The position numbers and the translations under genes were made by a program. Under the pieces are notes generated by a model. The model was not told the DNA's origin, ran no database searches, and saw only the letters and a program-made list of their open reading frames with translations. A stretch of DNA of 64,000 bases from NCBI GenBank assembly GCA_965262915.1, contig OZ253564.1, forward strand, positions 1,056,001 to 1,120,000. The letters run 5' to 3'. The DNA is from Candidatus Spongiisociaceae bacterium. Its GTDB lineage: Bacteria > Actinomycetota > Acidimicrobiia > Spongiisociales > Spongiisociaceae. This document shows positions 1 to 10,348 of this stretch, piece after piece. Positions within the stretch are counted from its first letter, which is position 1, and each line of letters begins with the position of its first letter.

Positions 1-1
1 C

Positions 2-544
2 GGCATCTACTCCAACTACTACTTCGCCCAGATGCCCCCGCAGGAGTTCGCCGACACCGTCTCGGTGAACGTGGTCGGCACCTTCCAGATGTCCCAGGCA
101 GTTACCCAACGCATGATCGCCGACGGCCAAGGCGGTTCCATCGTGAACATCGCCTCGGTCGATGCGTTCAACACCTCCGCCGAGGGCTTGGCCCACTACA
201 CGACCTCGAAACACGCCATCGGGGGGATGACCAAGTCGATGGCGATCGAACTCGCCGCCCACAACATACGGGTCAACGCCGTCTGCCCCGGCGCGGCCAT
301 GACAGAGGGGGCGATCGCTCTGGTCACGGCAGGCGCTCCGGAGGGAATCGACGTGGAGGCGCAGTGGGACGGTATCAAGGAGAGGACTCCGCTCCGGCGT
401 CTCTGCGATCCGGACGATGTAGCGCGGGCGGTGTTGTTTCTCGCCTCCGACATGGCCGCCTTCGTCACCGGGGCGTTCCTCGTCGTTGACGGCGGCATCC
501 TGGTCCAGCCTCTGGAAGGCTACGTGCCTCCGGCGGGTCACTGA
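2..544 (+). CDS. SDR family oxidoreductase (5' end outside window)
   Basis: GSIVNIAS, catalytic YxxxK (YTTSK), IRVNAVCPG, FVTGA..VDGG; reading frame is open from the window edge. Confidence 0.9.
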   Translation, partial: GIYSNYYFAQMPPQEFADTVSVNVVGTFQMSQAVTQRMIADGQGGSIVNIASVDAFNTSAEGLAHYTTSKHAIGGMTKSMAIELAAHNIRVNAVCPGAAMTEGAIALVTAGAPEGIDVEAQWDGIKERTPLRRLCDPDDVARAVLFLASDMAAFVTGAFLVVDGGILVQPLEGYVPPAGH

Positions 545-699
545 GTTCCGCATAAGTTTGGCGTCTATCCGACTCCCGGTCTCGCTATCGGGCCTCGCCG
601 CGCGTTGTACCCGGCCGAGCGAGTCATAGAGGTCGGCGTGACGTTTGACCTGGGGTGCGGGGTCTATTCTGGGATGGTGCCCGCCGCTATGTGGGCGGC

Positions 700-785
700 G
701 AACCTCAGGAGGACGACCGCGACCGGGTGGTGCTGGAACAGCGGCGCCGCGACGCGCTGGCACGGGTCAATCCCGGTGCCCTTCG
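700..785 (+). pseudogene. hsdR: Short remnant of type I restriction subunit HsdR N-terminus
   Basis: Translates DDRDRVVLEQRRRDALARVNP, resembling the HsdR N-terminal VVLERRLRDALARLNP and the second remnant at 1851. Confidence 0.5.
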
Positions 786-846
786 TGGTCGGGTGCGGCG
801 ACGGTTGTGTCAGGCTGTCCCAGCCAGAAGGTACGATGCCGGAACC

Positions 847-1854
847 ATGAGCGATGGAAGAGATGAGCAGTCTCCGGGCGGCGAGATCGTTGTCTACGGG
901 GCCCCGGACGGCGCCGTGCGCGTGGATGTCCGCCTCGACCGAGAGACGGTCTGGCTGACCCAGCGACAGATGGCCGAGGTGTTCGACACTTCGACCGACA
1001 ATGTCAGCCTCCATCTGAGAAACATCTTTTTGGATGGTGAGCTAGAGGAGACGGCAACTACCGAGGATTTCTTAGTAGTTCGATCTGAGGGCGGGAGACG
1101 GGTCAAGCGCCGTATCAGGCACTACGACCTCGACGCCATCATCTCCGTGGGCTACCGAGTCAACTCGAAGCGGGCTGTGGGCTTTCGCCGGTGGGCCACG
1201 CGCACCTTGCGCGAACACCTGGTCCGGGGTTACACCCTGAACGAGCGGCGGCTTGCCGAGCGCGGCCTGCGCGAAGCGCGTGAGACGCTGGATCTCCTGG
1301 CCCGGACGCTGCAGAACCAGGCGCTGGTGGACGAGACCGGGCGGGCCGTGCTGGGTCTCATCTCGGGTTACGCCGACACCTGGCGGCTGCTCCTCGAGTT
1401 CGACGAGGACCGGCTGGCTGTTCCGGCCGACGCGAAGCCGGCCACGAGCGCGTTGGACTACGACCGCGTCGTCGGGACGATCGCCGAGTTCAAGCGCGAT
1501 CTGGCTGCGCGCGGCGAAGCGTCGTCGCTGTTCGGCAATCGCCGCGGTGACGCGCTCGAAGGCATTCTCGGCAACGTCGAGCAGACCATGTTCGGGGAGC
1601 CGCTCTACCGCTCGCGGGAGGAGAAGGCGGCGAACCTGCTCTACTTCCTGGTGAAGGATCATCCCTTCACCGACGGCAACAAGCGCATCGGCTCGCTGTT
1701 GTTCCTGCTCTATCTCGAAGAGGAGGGAGTGGAACATCGGCTCAACCCCCAAGCGCTCACCGCGCTCACCCTGCTCATCGCCGAGAGCGCGCCGCGCAGC
1801 AAAGACCTGATGGTCCGCCTCGTCGTCAATCTGCTGGCAAAGCCGGCCGCATGA
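847..1854 (+). CDS. RhuM-family/Fic-Doc fusion protein
   Basis: N-terminal ETVWLTQRQMAEVF...YDLDAIISVGYRVNS (RhuM-like) and C-terminal Fic motif HPFTDGNKR; ATG at 847 preferred over ORF start 655. Confidence 0.9.
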   Translation: MSDGRDEQSPGGEIVVYGAPDGAVRVDVRLDRETVWLTQRQMAEVFDTSTDNVSLHLRNIFLDGELEETATTEDFLVVRSEGGRRVKRRIRHYDLDAIISVGYRVNSKRAVGFRRWATRTLREHLVRGYTLNERRLAERGLREARETLDLLARTLQNQALVDETGRAVLGLISGYADTWRLLLEFDEDRLAVPADAKPATSALDYDRVVGTIAEFKRDLAARGEASSLFGNRRGDALEGILGNVEQTMFGEPLYRSREEKAANLLYFLVKDHPFTDGNKRIGSLLFLLYLEEEGVEHRLNPQALTALTLLIAESAPRSKDLMVRLVVNLLAKPAA

Positions 1855-2140
1855 TCCACTTCAACGAGTCCGGGGTGGAGGACGCGGCTCTGGGAATGGC
1901 TCGACGGCCTTGGCCGGCGCCTTGGTCATTGGTCCCGACATCGCCCCGATACGCCGGGTGCCGAGAGCGCCCACTCGGGGGAGTCGTGCTGGGACGGCGG
2001 CCTAGCGACGCACTGGCGCGGCTCAACACGGGTCTTCCGGCCGCCGCGCTCGACGACGCCTTCCGCAAGCTGACCTGACAGCGCAGTCGCGAACCTGGGC
2101 TACGAGACCCTGCGCGCCATCGCCCGTGAGTTGGTCGACT
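1851..2140 (+). pseudogene. hsdR: Internally deleted, frameshifted hsdR remnant
   Basis: FNESGVEDAAL...DALARLNTGLPAAALDDAFRKLT (HsdR N-terminus) joined to DSAVANLGYETLRAIARELV (resembles HsdR C-terminal DUF3387 region); ATGA overlap with the Fic gene. Confidence 0.7.
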
Positions 2141-2149
2141 CTGAAGCAT

Positions 2150-2404
2150 CGCACATATGGATGCGAACTGACAGACGGGACGCACATCGCGGGCACGTTG
2201 TGCACCAATAGTACGTCCGTGGAGGAGACGGCGGATCGAGACATCGCGTTGGTCGCTCCTATAACTTACCGGCCGGACGAAGCCACAGCGGAAGCCGTTC
2301 TTGACGATGTAGGGATCGTCATCGTGAACGCAGAGCGCATCAAGTTCCTGACTATCACATACGTGGATCCCACATATGAAACGACAAGGACGGAACCCCG
2401 GTGA
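2150..2404 (+). pseudogene. C-terminal fragment of a hypothetical protein (DUF6338-like)
   Basis: GCELTDGTHIAGTL...DRDIALVAPITYRP pattern; no N-terminal membrane part. Confidence 0.35.
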
Positions 2405-2699
2405 GAAACTCCATTACAAAGCCGAATCGCGCGGCGGTTCCGACAAGCGATCATGTCCTGCAACACCCTCACCACACGAACCCGGCGCAGATACAACCGG
2501 ATCGTCATGGATCACGAGCCATCGGGGTCAGCCCAGATACTCTTCGATAAACCTGGTGCAGTTCAGCTTCGGACATCGACATCGTCCGACTGTGCCTTGC
2601 CATCAGCGCATCTATTGGAACTCTGGGTGGGTCTCATGAGACGGTGCGCCGGATCGTAACAACAAGCAGAGTTGTCAGGACTCGTCAACAGAGCGGCGG

Positions 2700-4046
2700 C
2701 TAGAAGCTGGGGAGTTTGGTATCGTCGAATCGGCCCGCTTCGATGTCGGCTAGGGCGCGGTCAAAGATGCACAGGGCTTCATCGGCGTCGCTTCGGGTGA
2801 TGGTCAACGGCGGTGTGATTTCCATCACGTTCCCGAACGCCAGCAGTATCAGGCCGAGTTCGAAGCAACGGTATGCGAGCCGGAGGGCATCTGTTTCGGC
2901 GGGCTCGCGCGTCCGTTGATCCTTCACCAGTTCGACCCCGATCAGGAGGCCCTTTCCACGGACATCGCCGATCAGGGGGTGGTCGGCCGCCATATCGTTC
3001 AGCTTGCCGCGCAGGTACCTGCCCATCTCGCCGGCGTTGCGCACCAGTCCTTCTTCCTCGATCACGTCGAGAACCGCGACGGCGGCGGAGCAGGCCAGCG
3101 GGGAGCCACCCAGCGTGTAGGCCGTGTAGAGGTCGACATCGAGGATCTCTTCGCGGCCGACAACCGCCGAGAGCGGGAAGCCTCCTCCCAAGGGCTTGGC
3201 GAGCCCGATCGCGTCCGCCTCGATTCCGAAGTGCTCGAAGCCGAACATGCGGCCCGTCCGTCCCAGGCCGACCTTGACCTCGTCGAATATCAACCAGATC
3301 CCCCGCTCATCGCACAGTTCTCGCAGAGCCGGGAAGTAGTTGTCCGGGGGAACGATCTCGCCGCTATCGGACTGGATGCTCTCGGCGAATATCGCCGCCG
3401 TCTCGTCGGAGGGCGACACGCTGACCAGCAGATCGTTCTTCAGGTAGCCGAGGCATCTGAGGGAGCATTCGTTCTTGTCGCACGGACCCCAGGCGCATCG
3501 GTAGGGGTTGGGATAGGGAGCCTTGGTGATGTGACCGCCGGGTATCGGCCTGGTCAGCGCTCCATGCCCCGAGATGGCGCCGGAGCCGATCGTCATGCCG
3601 TGGAACGCGCCGATGTAGGACACCAGCCTCGGTCTCCCCGAGGCGATGGGCGCCACTTTGGCGAGCATGTCCATGGCGTCGGAGCCCGACACGCCGAACC
3701 AGGCCTTCTTGGCGAAGTCCCCCGGGAAGAGGTCGATGAGTCGCTCCGCCAATTCGACGGCAGGCTCGTGGATGTAGCAGACGAGCGGACCGCTGTACTC
3801 GTTGTTTATGGCGTCGATCGCCGCCTGGCGTACCTTGGGATGGCCGTATCCGGTGGCGGCCGTTCCTCCGGTTGCCATCCAATCGAGGTACTCGTTGCCG
3901 TCCTTGTCCCACATGCGGACACCGTCCGACTTGGCGACCACGAACGGATACAAGCGGTATTTCATCGACGGCGTTATGACGGCCTCGTCGCGAGCGACGA
4001 CGTCCCGACTCCGGGTCAGGTCTCGCTTATCGGAAGGATCTCGCAT
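2700..4046 (-). CDS. Class-III aminotransferase-fold PLP enzyme, alpha-amino-epsilon-caprolactam/amino-acid-amide racemase-like
   Basis: GYGHP, SGSDA, IQSDSG, DEVKVGLGRTG, PLP lysine in AKPLGGG; GAGGAG RBS upstream of ATG 4046. Confidence 0.85.
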   Translation of the reverse strand: MRDPSDKRDLTRSRDVVARDEAVITPSMKYRLYPFVVAKSDGVRMWDKDGNEYLDWMATGGTAATGYGHPKVRQAAIDAINNEYSGPLVCYIHEPAVELAERLIDLFPGDFAKKAWFGVSGSDAMDMLAKVAPIASGRPRLVSYIGAFHGMTIGSGAISGHGALTRPIPGGHITKAPYPNPYRCAWGPCDKNECSLRCLGYLKNDLLVSVSPSDETAAIFAESIQSDSGEIVPPDNYFPALRELCDERGIWLIFDEVKVGLGRTGRMFGFEHFGIEADAIGLAKPLGGGFPLSAVVGREEILDVDLYTAYTLGGSPLACSAAVAVLDVIEEEGLVRNAGEMGRYLRGKLNDMAADHPLIGDVRGKGLLIGVELVKDQRTREPAETDALRLAYRCFELGLILLAFGNVMEITPPLTITRSDADEALCIFDRALADIEAGRFDDTKLPSF

Positions 4047-4143
4047 GTGACATGCTCCTCGCGCGTCGTGTACAAGAGAATATCGAGCCGGTGGTGGGAT
4101 CGGCGGTTCGATCCGGCTGGTCACCCGGGTTGTGGTTCGGGGA

Positions 4144-6459
4144 TCACTCAGGGTGTAACAGCTCCCACACCACATCGGGACGCAGCGGGGTGCGGTCGAT
4201 GCGGGTGCCGAACGGTGCGAGGGCGTCGGCGACCGCATTGGCAACGGCGGGGGGCGAGGCGAGCGTTCCGGACTCGCCGACCCCGCGCACGCCCAGAGGG
4301 GTATCCGAGGGCGTGACCATGTTGTCCAGGGTCAGCCTGGGCATCTCCATCGCGGAGGGGAGCAGGTAGGCGGCGAAACTCGCCGACGGGACCTGGCCCG
4401 ACTCGTCGTGGCTGACCTGTTCGTAGAGTGCCTGGCCTATTCCCTGGGCGATCCCGCCGTGGATCTGGCCGTCGACTATCCCGGGGTTGATCCCGACGCC
4501 GTAGTCGTCGACCGACACGAAGTCGAGGATCTTGACCTTTCCGGTTCCCACGTCGACCTCGACCACGGCCGCGTTGGCGCCGAAGGCGAAGTTGACATCG
4601 GGCGGGTCGTAGAAGGCCGTTGCTTCGAGTCCCGGCTCGACCATCGGCCCGCAGCGTTTGAGGAAATGCGCCTCCTCGGCTACCTCCTGCCACGAGACCG
4701 TGGACTCCGGACTCCCCGCGACGGTGAAGATCCCGTCGGCGTAGACGATGTCCTCCGCGGCCGCTTCGAGCATGGCCGCCGCCACCCGCCGCGCCTTGTG
4801 GACGACGCGCTCGGCCGCCACCAGAGCGGCATGGCCACCGACGACCGCCCCCCGGCTGCCGTGGGTGCCGCCCCCGAACGGGATGGTCTCGGTGTCGCCG
4901 TGCACGACCGTGATGTGGTCGAACGGGATCTGCAGCTGGTCGGAGACGATCTGAGCGACGATCGTGTCCGATCCCTGGCCCTGTGGCGACAGGCCCGAAT
5001 AGGCGACCGCCTTGCCCTGCGGGTCCACCCGGATCAGCGTCGACTCGTGGCCGGGGAAGAACTTCATGGGATTCCAGTCGTGGCCGGACGGCGAGAAACC
5101 GCACAGCAGGTTGTAGGTCGCGAAGCCGATCCCCAGGTAGCGATCCTCCTCCAGCGCCTCCTCCCGACGAGCCCGGACCGACTCGTAGCCGATGAGTTCG
5201 GCCGCGCGCCGCAACAGGGCCGGGTAGTCGCCCCCGGTATAGGTCAGGCCGAACGGTGTCTGGTAAGGCAACTGGTCGGGTGCGACGAGGTTGCGCAGGC
5301 GGATTTCGACCGGGTCGATGCCGAGCTCGCGGGCGGCTTCTTCGATCATCCGCTCCAGCACGAACGTCGCCTCGGCTCTCCCCGAACCTCGCAACGCATC
5401 GATCGACATCTTGTTGGTGAACACCTTCTCCAGCTTGATGTCGACACTCGGTATGTCGTAGTTGCCGGTGAGGGTGTCGATCGTCAGGTCCGGAACGACA
5501 GGCGTGAAGAAGTGGAAGTAGGCGCCGAGATCCCCGACGAAATGGCTGCGTAGCGCGAGGATCCTTCCGTCGGGGTCGAGGGCGAGCTCCGCGTCGTGGA
5601 TCTGGTCCCGGGCATGGACACCGGCGGTGAAGTTCTCGGTCCTGGTCTCCACCCACTTCACGGGGACACCCAACTCCAGGGCAGCCCAGATGATCGCCAG
5701 CTCGTCGGAGTACAGGTTGAGCTTGCTCCCGAACCCGCCGCCCACATCGGGAGCGACGATGCGGAGCTTGGACTCGTCCAGCTCGAAAATGTGGGCGAGC
5801 CAGGTGCGCAAGGTGTGCGGCCCTTGGCACGAGAGCCACACGGTGAGATGGCCGGTGGCCGGTTCCGGGACCGCCAGGATGGCGCGCGGTTCCATCGGTG
5901 AAGCCGATATCCGCTGCACCGTAAGGCGGCGCGCCACCACATGGTCGGCCCTGGCGAACGCACTATCGGGATCGCCGACCACTTTGTGGATCTCGCCGAT
6001 CTTGTTCGTGCCCCGGTCGGGATGCACCAGCGGAGCGTCGGTCGAGAGCGCCTCCCACGGATCGAGGACGTGGGGGAGGGGTTCGTAGTCGACATCGACG
6101 CGCTCGGCGCCGTTGATCGCGGTCCTCGGATTGGTTGCCAGCACCATCGCCACCGGCTCGCCCACGTAGTGAACGCGATCGCCTGTGAGTGGAGTCCGCG
6201 GTGGGGAGTCGTCGGCAGCCGCGCTGGGAATCAGTGGCATCCGTTGCGCCGACTCGGATCCGGAGAAGACGGCGACAACATCCGGAGCCCGGCGTGCGTA
6301 TCCCAGGTCGACCGATGTGATGTCAGCGTGCGCGAAGGGGCTTCGCACGAACGAGGCATGGACCATGTGGGGCACGGTGATGTCGTCGACGTAGCGGCCC
6401 CTACCCGCCAGGATTCGGGGATCCTCCTTGCGGGGTAAGCGGGCGCCGATGGCGGTCAT
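4144..6459 (-). CDS. Xanthine-oxidase-family molybdopterin large subunit (CoxL-like, not form I CODH)
   Basis: RKEDPRILAGRGRYVDDI start, VGGGFGSK, active-site loop ALRGSGR, GQIHGGIAQGIG, catalytic RGVGE. Confidence 0.92.
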   Translation of the reverse strand: MTAIGARLPRKEDPRILAGRGRYVDDITVPHMVHASFVRSPFAHADITSVDLGYARRAPDVVAVFSGSESAQRMPLIPSAAADDSPPRTPLTGDRVHYVGEPVAMVLATNPRTAINGAERVDVDYEPLPHVLDPWEALSTDAPLVHPDRGTNKIGEIHKVVGDPDSAFARADHVVARRLTVQRISASPMEPRAILAVPEPATGHLTVWLSCQGPHTLRTWLAHIFELDESKLRIVAPDVGGGFGSKLNLYSDELAIIWAALELGVPVKWVETRTENFTAGVHARDQIHDAELALDPDGRILALRSHFVGDLGAYFHFFTPVVPDLTIDTLTGNYDIPSVDIKLEKVFTNKMSIDALRGSGRAEATFVLERMIEEAARELGIDPVEIRLRNLVAPDQLPYQTPFGLTYTGGDYPALLRRAAELIGYESVRARREEALEEDRYLGIGFATYNLLCGFSPSGHDWNPMKFFPGHESTLIRVDPQGKAVAYSGLSPQGQGSDTIVAQIVSDQLQIPFDHITVVHGDTETIPFGGGTHGSRGAVVGGHAALVAAERVVHKARRVAAAMLEAAAEDIVYADGIFTVAGSPESTVSWQEVAEEAHFLKRCGPMVEPGLEATAFYDPPDVNFAFGANAAVVEVDVGTGKVKILDFVSVDDYGVGINPGIVDGQIHGGIAQGIGQALYEQVSHDESGQVPSASFAAYLLPSAMEMPRLTLDNMVTPSDTPLGVRGVGESGTLASPPAVANAVADALAPFGTRIDRTPLRPDVVWELLHPE

Positions 6460-6923
6460 CGCGGCCCGCTCCGTTCCGGACCGGAGAGGACGGCGTCGAC
6501 GATGTGCTGGTAGCCGGTACACCGGCACAGGTTGCCCTCCAGGGCCTTGCGGACCTCCGGTTCGGACGGCTCGGGGTTTTGCCGGAGAAAGGCGGTACCG
6601 GCCATCAGGAAGCCGGACGTGCAGAACCCGCATTGGAGGGCGAAGTGTTCGGCGAATGCCTGCTGCAGCGGTGATAGCGTCCCGCCGTCCGCAAGCCCTT
6701 CGACCGTCTCGACCTCGCGGCCGTCAGCCTGGCCGGCGAGCACGGTGCACGACTTGACCGCGGCCCCGTCGAGGATGACGGTGCACGCACCGCAACTGCT
6801 CGTGTCACACCCCACGTGGGTTCCGGTCAGCTCCAATTCCTCTCGCAACAGGTGCACGAGCAGCGTGGACGGGTGGCAGTCGACAGTCCGGTGTACGCCG
6901 TTGACCGTGACCGTGACCTTCAT
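6456..6923 (-). CDS. 2Fe-2S small subunit (CoxS-like)
   Basis: GCDTSSCGACTV...SC, QCGFC, NLCRCTGY. Confidence 0.95.
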   Translation of the reverse strand: MKVTVTVNGVHRTVDCHPSTLLVHLLREELELTGTHVGCDTSSCGACTVILDGAAVKSCTVLAGQADGREVETVEGLADGGTLSPLQQAFAEHFALQCGFCTSGFLMAGTAFLRQNPEPSEPEVRKALEGNLCRCTGYQHIVDAVLSGPERSGPR

Positions 6924-7780
6924 GCGCCGGCACCTCCCGCGGCGGCGCGCCGGATGGCGCGCCTGGCGAGGACCTTCACGAGTTCCCGCTTGTACCGGGA
7001 GCTTCCCCGATCGTCGCCCACCATGGGGGCCGACGCCGCGGTAGCTGCCGCGGCCCGGGCGATTTCCGGTGGGCCCGCGCCCGACCCCACCAGGAGGCTC
7101 TCGGCTTCGGCGGCCCGTGACGCGATGTCCATCCCCCCGGTCACCGCGATACCGGCCCCGGTGATACGTCCGTCCTCGTCCATGGTCAGTTGAACCGCGA
7201 CGCCGGCCACTCCGTAGTCGGCTGCGGCTCGCTTCATCTTCTCGTAGGCACCCGCCGATCCCCGAGGTAGCTGGACCTTCGTGATCAGCTCGCCTCTCCG
7301 GAGGGAGGTCTCGAAGGGTCCCACGAAGAGGTCGTCACTTTCGATGGTTCTCGTTCCGCTCTCCCCTTCGGCGATGACCCGCCCACGGGCTGCCAGCAGC
7401 GCGGCGGGCAGGTCGTTGAGCGGGTCTGCATGAGCCAGGTTCCCGCCGACGGTGCCGAGGTTGCGCACGAGAGGGTCTGCGATCACCGACGCGGTCTCGC
7501 TCCACAAAGGGGCGAAGGCGCGCACCGGCGCGCTGGTGGCCAGCCGGTTCGTCGTCACCAGAGCCCCGATATCGAGGAACTCCCCGAACGACTCGATGGA
7601 GTCCAATCCCTCGATCCTGCCGATGTCGACCACGACCGAGGGCCGGACCAGTCGGAAGCGCATCATCGGGATGAGGCTTTGGCCTCCGGCCAGGGCCACA
7701 GCGTTGGCGTCGCCGTTGAGAGCCGCGACAGCACCCTGGACCGTTCTGGCGGCGCGGAACTCGAAGTCAGGCGGTCGCAT
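6920..7780 (-). CDS. FAD-binding medium subunit (CoxM-like)
   Basis: LAGGQSLIPMMRFRL, RNLGTVGGNLAHADP. Confidence 0.93.
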   Translation of the reverse strand: MRPPDFEFRAARTVQGAVAALNGDANAVALAGGQSLIPMMRFRLVRPSVVVDIGRIEGLDSIESFGEFLDIGALVTTNRLATSAPVRAFAPLWSETASVIADPLVRNLGTVGGNLAHADPLNDLPAALLAARGRVIAEGESGTRTIESDDLFVGPFETSLRRGELITKVQLPRGSAGAYEKMKRAAADYGVAGVAVQLTMDEDGRITGAGIAVTGGMDIASRAAEAESLLVGSGAGPPEIARAAAATAASAPMVGDDRGSSRYKRELVKVLARRAIRRAAAGGAGA

Positions 7781-7840
7781 CGGTAATCGACGGCGATCTA
7801 TCCGGAACCGGTCTGGACCGGATCGAGTTGATCCTCCCCG

Positions 7841-7938
7841 GAGGGTGCTCAAGAACCGGTAGATGGTTGGCCCGTCGTCCGCTGACTCGGCATTTTGTCA
7901 TCGACAGTCGGGCCAACCGGGGATTGTTGACCACCCTC
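7841..7938. repeat. Palindromic MITE-like dispersed repeat, copy 1
   Basis: Terminal inverted repeats GAGGGTGCTCAA / TTGACCACCCTC, inner IR GGTTGGCCCG/CGGGCCAACC; similar to 22229-22327 and 37353-37431. Confidence 0.7.
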
Positions 7939-8304
7939 CTGGTGTCACGAGTCGGGGATCCGTTGCAGATACTCCGGGACGCACCGAACATCCCCCACCC
8001 AGCAGGCCGCACAGGTCGCGAGAAACGAGAACGCGAAAAAGGCCACACCGGACCCCGGCCGCGGGCCCACCCCCAACCGCCACCTCCTAGGCTCCGAACG
8101 CGTCCCTCCATCCCCGCGAGGGTCGGCTTCGACAACATGATCCCTGCCACGGTCCCCTCGACGCCGAAGGTGGACCGGTGGTGTTTACGGCTACCTAGCA
8201 GTATGCGACACGACTGTGACACAGTCAACCCCCTTGTGGCGGACTGCCCGCTCCGGGGCGGGGACCTGCAGGCGGTCCGGCGCGCACTTTGTTCGGTGCC
8301 GGAT

Positions 8305-9336
8305 TCATGAGTTGGCGTCTTCCCAGGGTCGAGGCCTTATATGGCAAGCTACCAGATGCCCGGGTTCGGAGGGCTCGAGCATGGGTTCGGTGTGTCGGCA
8401 CACGTCCTCGACGAAGGGACACCTCGTGGAGAACTTGCATCCGGGGGGTAGGTCGAGCGGTGAGGGAACATCTCCGCGCAGGGGCGGCGCGCTCCTGTGA
8501 CGCGGATTCGGGTCCGGGCGGGAAGCCAGTAGGGCTTGGGTGTAGGGGTGCTCGGGCCGCTCGAACACCTTCCCGATCGGCCCCCTCTCGACGAGTCTCC
8601 CCATGTACATGACCGCCACCGTGTCAGCCACCTGGGAGACGACGGAGAGTTGGTGAGCGATGAGGATCATCGTCAGCCCCAGGCGATCCTGGAGGTCTCG
8701 GAAGAGGTTGATGATCTGAGCCTGGATCGAGACGTCGAGTGCGCTCACCGGTTCGTCGGCGATGATCATGTCGGGGTCGACAGCGAGAGCACGCGCGATG
8801 GCGACCCGCTGCCGCTGCCCGCCGCTCAGCTGCCTGGGACGACGCTCGGCCAGGGTGGGGGAGAGGCCGACGCTTTCGAGGTGCCGGGCGACGAACGCAT
8901 CGTGTTGCCCGGCCTCCACCAGACCGTGCACCTTGCCCGCTTCGAGGATCGCGGCTCCCACCGTCAGGCGGGGGTTCAGGGACGTGAAGGGGTCTTGGAA
9001 CACCATCTGGACCCGGCGCCGCAGTCGCCGCAAGTCGCCTCCCTCGATGGAGCGCACATCGACACCGTCGAACCGGACCGCTCCCTCGTCGGGGTCTACC
9101 AGCCGGATCAGGCACCGGCCGAGCGTGGTCTTGCCGCTTCCCGACTCGCCGACGATGCCCATCACCTCACGCCGCCGCACCTCGAAGGACACATTCTCCA
9201 CGGCGACCAGGCGTCGGACGGGAGCGCGCCTCACCCGCTCGCCCCAAGTACGGCGTACCGGGTATCCCTTGGTCAACCCGTCGACTCGGAGCAGAACATC
9301 CCTGGTCGATTCCTGCGGCCGATGCGCAGCGGTCAT
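8305..9336 (-). CDS. Oligopeptide/dipeptide-type ABC ATP-binding subunit (OppF-like)
   Basis: [23 protein letters not shown]-terminal GCKFSTRC...VACH. Confidence 0.93.
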   Translation of the reverse strand: MTAAHRPQESTRDVLLRVDGLTKGYPVRRTWGERVRRAPVRRLVAVENVSFEVRRREVMGIVGESGSGKTTLGRCLIRLVDPDEGAVRFDGVDVRSIEGGDLRRLRRRVQMVFQDPFTSLNPRLTVGAAILEAGKVHGLVEAGQHDAFVARHLESVGLSPTLAERRPRQLSGGQRQRVAIARALAVDPDMIIADEPVSALDVSIQAQIINLFRDLQDRLGLTMILIAHQLSVVSQVADTVAVMYMGRLVERGPIGKVFERPEHPYTQALLASRPDPNPRHRSAPPLRGDVPSPLDLPPGCKFSTRCPFVEDVCRHTEPMLEPSEPGHLVACHIRPRPWEDANS

Positions 9337-10328
9337 CGTGACACATCCTCGGGGTCCGGCCCCCCTGCGTCGCGGTCGCGCCACGTCACGAAGGGGCAGG
9401 CAGTGGCATGGTCGGGTCCAACGACCTGCAGCGACATCGGGACCGATTCGCACCCATCTCCGACGAAGCCGCATCTGGGGCTGAACGGGCATCCCGGTGG
9501 CAGCCTCGAGAGTTCCGGAGGCTGTCCCCTCACGGGAACGATCTGCGAGCGTCTTGCCGGATCGAGATGCGGGATCGATGCCAGCAACGCCTGGGTGTAC
9601 GGATGGTTCGGGTGATCGAATATCTCCTGGACGGGCGCCTGCTCGACGATGTAGCCGGCGTACATGACCGCCACGCGATCGCAGTGTTGTGCGATGACGC
9701 CGAAGTCGTGTGAGACGATGATCATCGCCATGCCCGTGTCCCGCTGCAGCTCGGTGAGCAGCGCCATTATCTGCGCCTGAACCGTCACATCGAGGGCCGC
9801 GGTCGGTTCGTCCGCGATGAGGAGCATGGGTTCGGTGGCTATGGCACCGGCGATCATGGCGCGTTGCCTCATCCCGCCGCTCATCTCGTGTGGGTACGAG
9901 TGGAACTGCGTCTCCGGAGAGGCGATCCCGACCCGGTCGAGCAACTCGACCGCCCGACGGGTCGCTTCTCGGGTAGCCATCCCGCCCTTGATCCTGAGTA
10001 CCTCGACGATCTGGTTTCCTACCTTGTAGACGGGGTTGAGGGACGCCGTCGGGTCCTGGAACACCATGCCGATGTCCCGCCCGCGCACGGCCCGCAGTTC
10101 GGCCGACGACAACCGGAGCAGGTCGCGCCCGTCGAACATGACCCGCCCCTCGATGACCTCGCCCGGCTTGGGTACCAGTCCGATGAGTGATCGGCAGGTC
10201 ATGCTCTTGCCGGATCCCGACTCGCCGACCAACGCGAGCGTTGCTCCCCGCTCGAGTGTGAAACTCACCCCGTTGGTAGCGAGCAGCAGGCCGTGCAGAG
10301 TCGGAAAGCCGGTATGGAGATCTTCCAC
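9333..10328 (-). CDS. Oligopeptide/dipeptide-type ABC ATP-binding subunit (OppD-like); start uncertain (frame open to 10463)
   Basis: [31 protein letters not shown]. Confidence 0.9.
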   Translation of the reverse strand: MEDLHTGFPTLHGLLLATNGVSFTLERGATLALVGESGSGKSMTCRSLIGLVPKPGEVIEGRVMFDGRDLLRLSSAELRAVRGRDIGMVFQDPTASLNPVYKVGNQIVEVLRIKGGMATREATRRAVELLDRVGIASPETQFHSYPHEMSGGMRQRAMIAGAIATEPMLLIADEPTAALDVTVQAQIMALLTELQRDTGMAMIIVSHDFGVIAQHCDRVAVMYAGYIVEQAPVQEIFDHPNHPYTQALLASIPHLDPARRSQIVPVRGQPPELSRLPPGCPFSPRCGFVGDGCESVPMSLQVVGPDHATACPFVTWRDRDAGGPDPEDVSR

Positions 10329-10348
10329 CTGGAGGAGCGGGGACCCGC

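Noticed and set aside
655-846. N-terminal extension of the RhuM-Fic ORF
   Set aside because: It reads through an hsdR scrap; family similarity begins after ATG 847
2916-5839. Long overlapping ORFs such as 2916-4316 and 4148-5839, and many similar ones across the window
   Set aside because: Arg/Pro-rich shadow frames of well-supported genes, expected in GC-rich DNA
4144-6459. Aerobic CO dehydrogenase (coxL)
   Set aside because: Lacks the Cu-binding AYxCSFR motif and there are no coxDEFG genes nearby
7950-8140. Possible second IS end or MITE (GGGATCCGTTGCAGA; CATTTTGTC/GACAACATG)
   Set aside because: No convincing partner end or target duplication found
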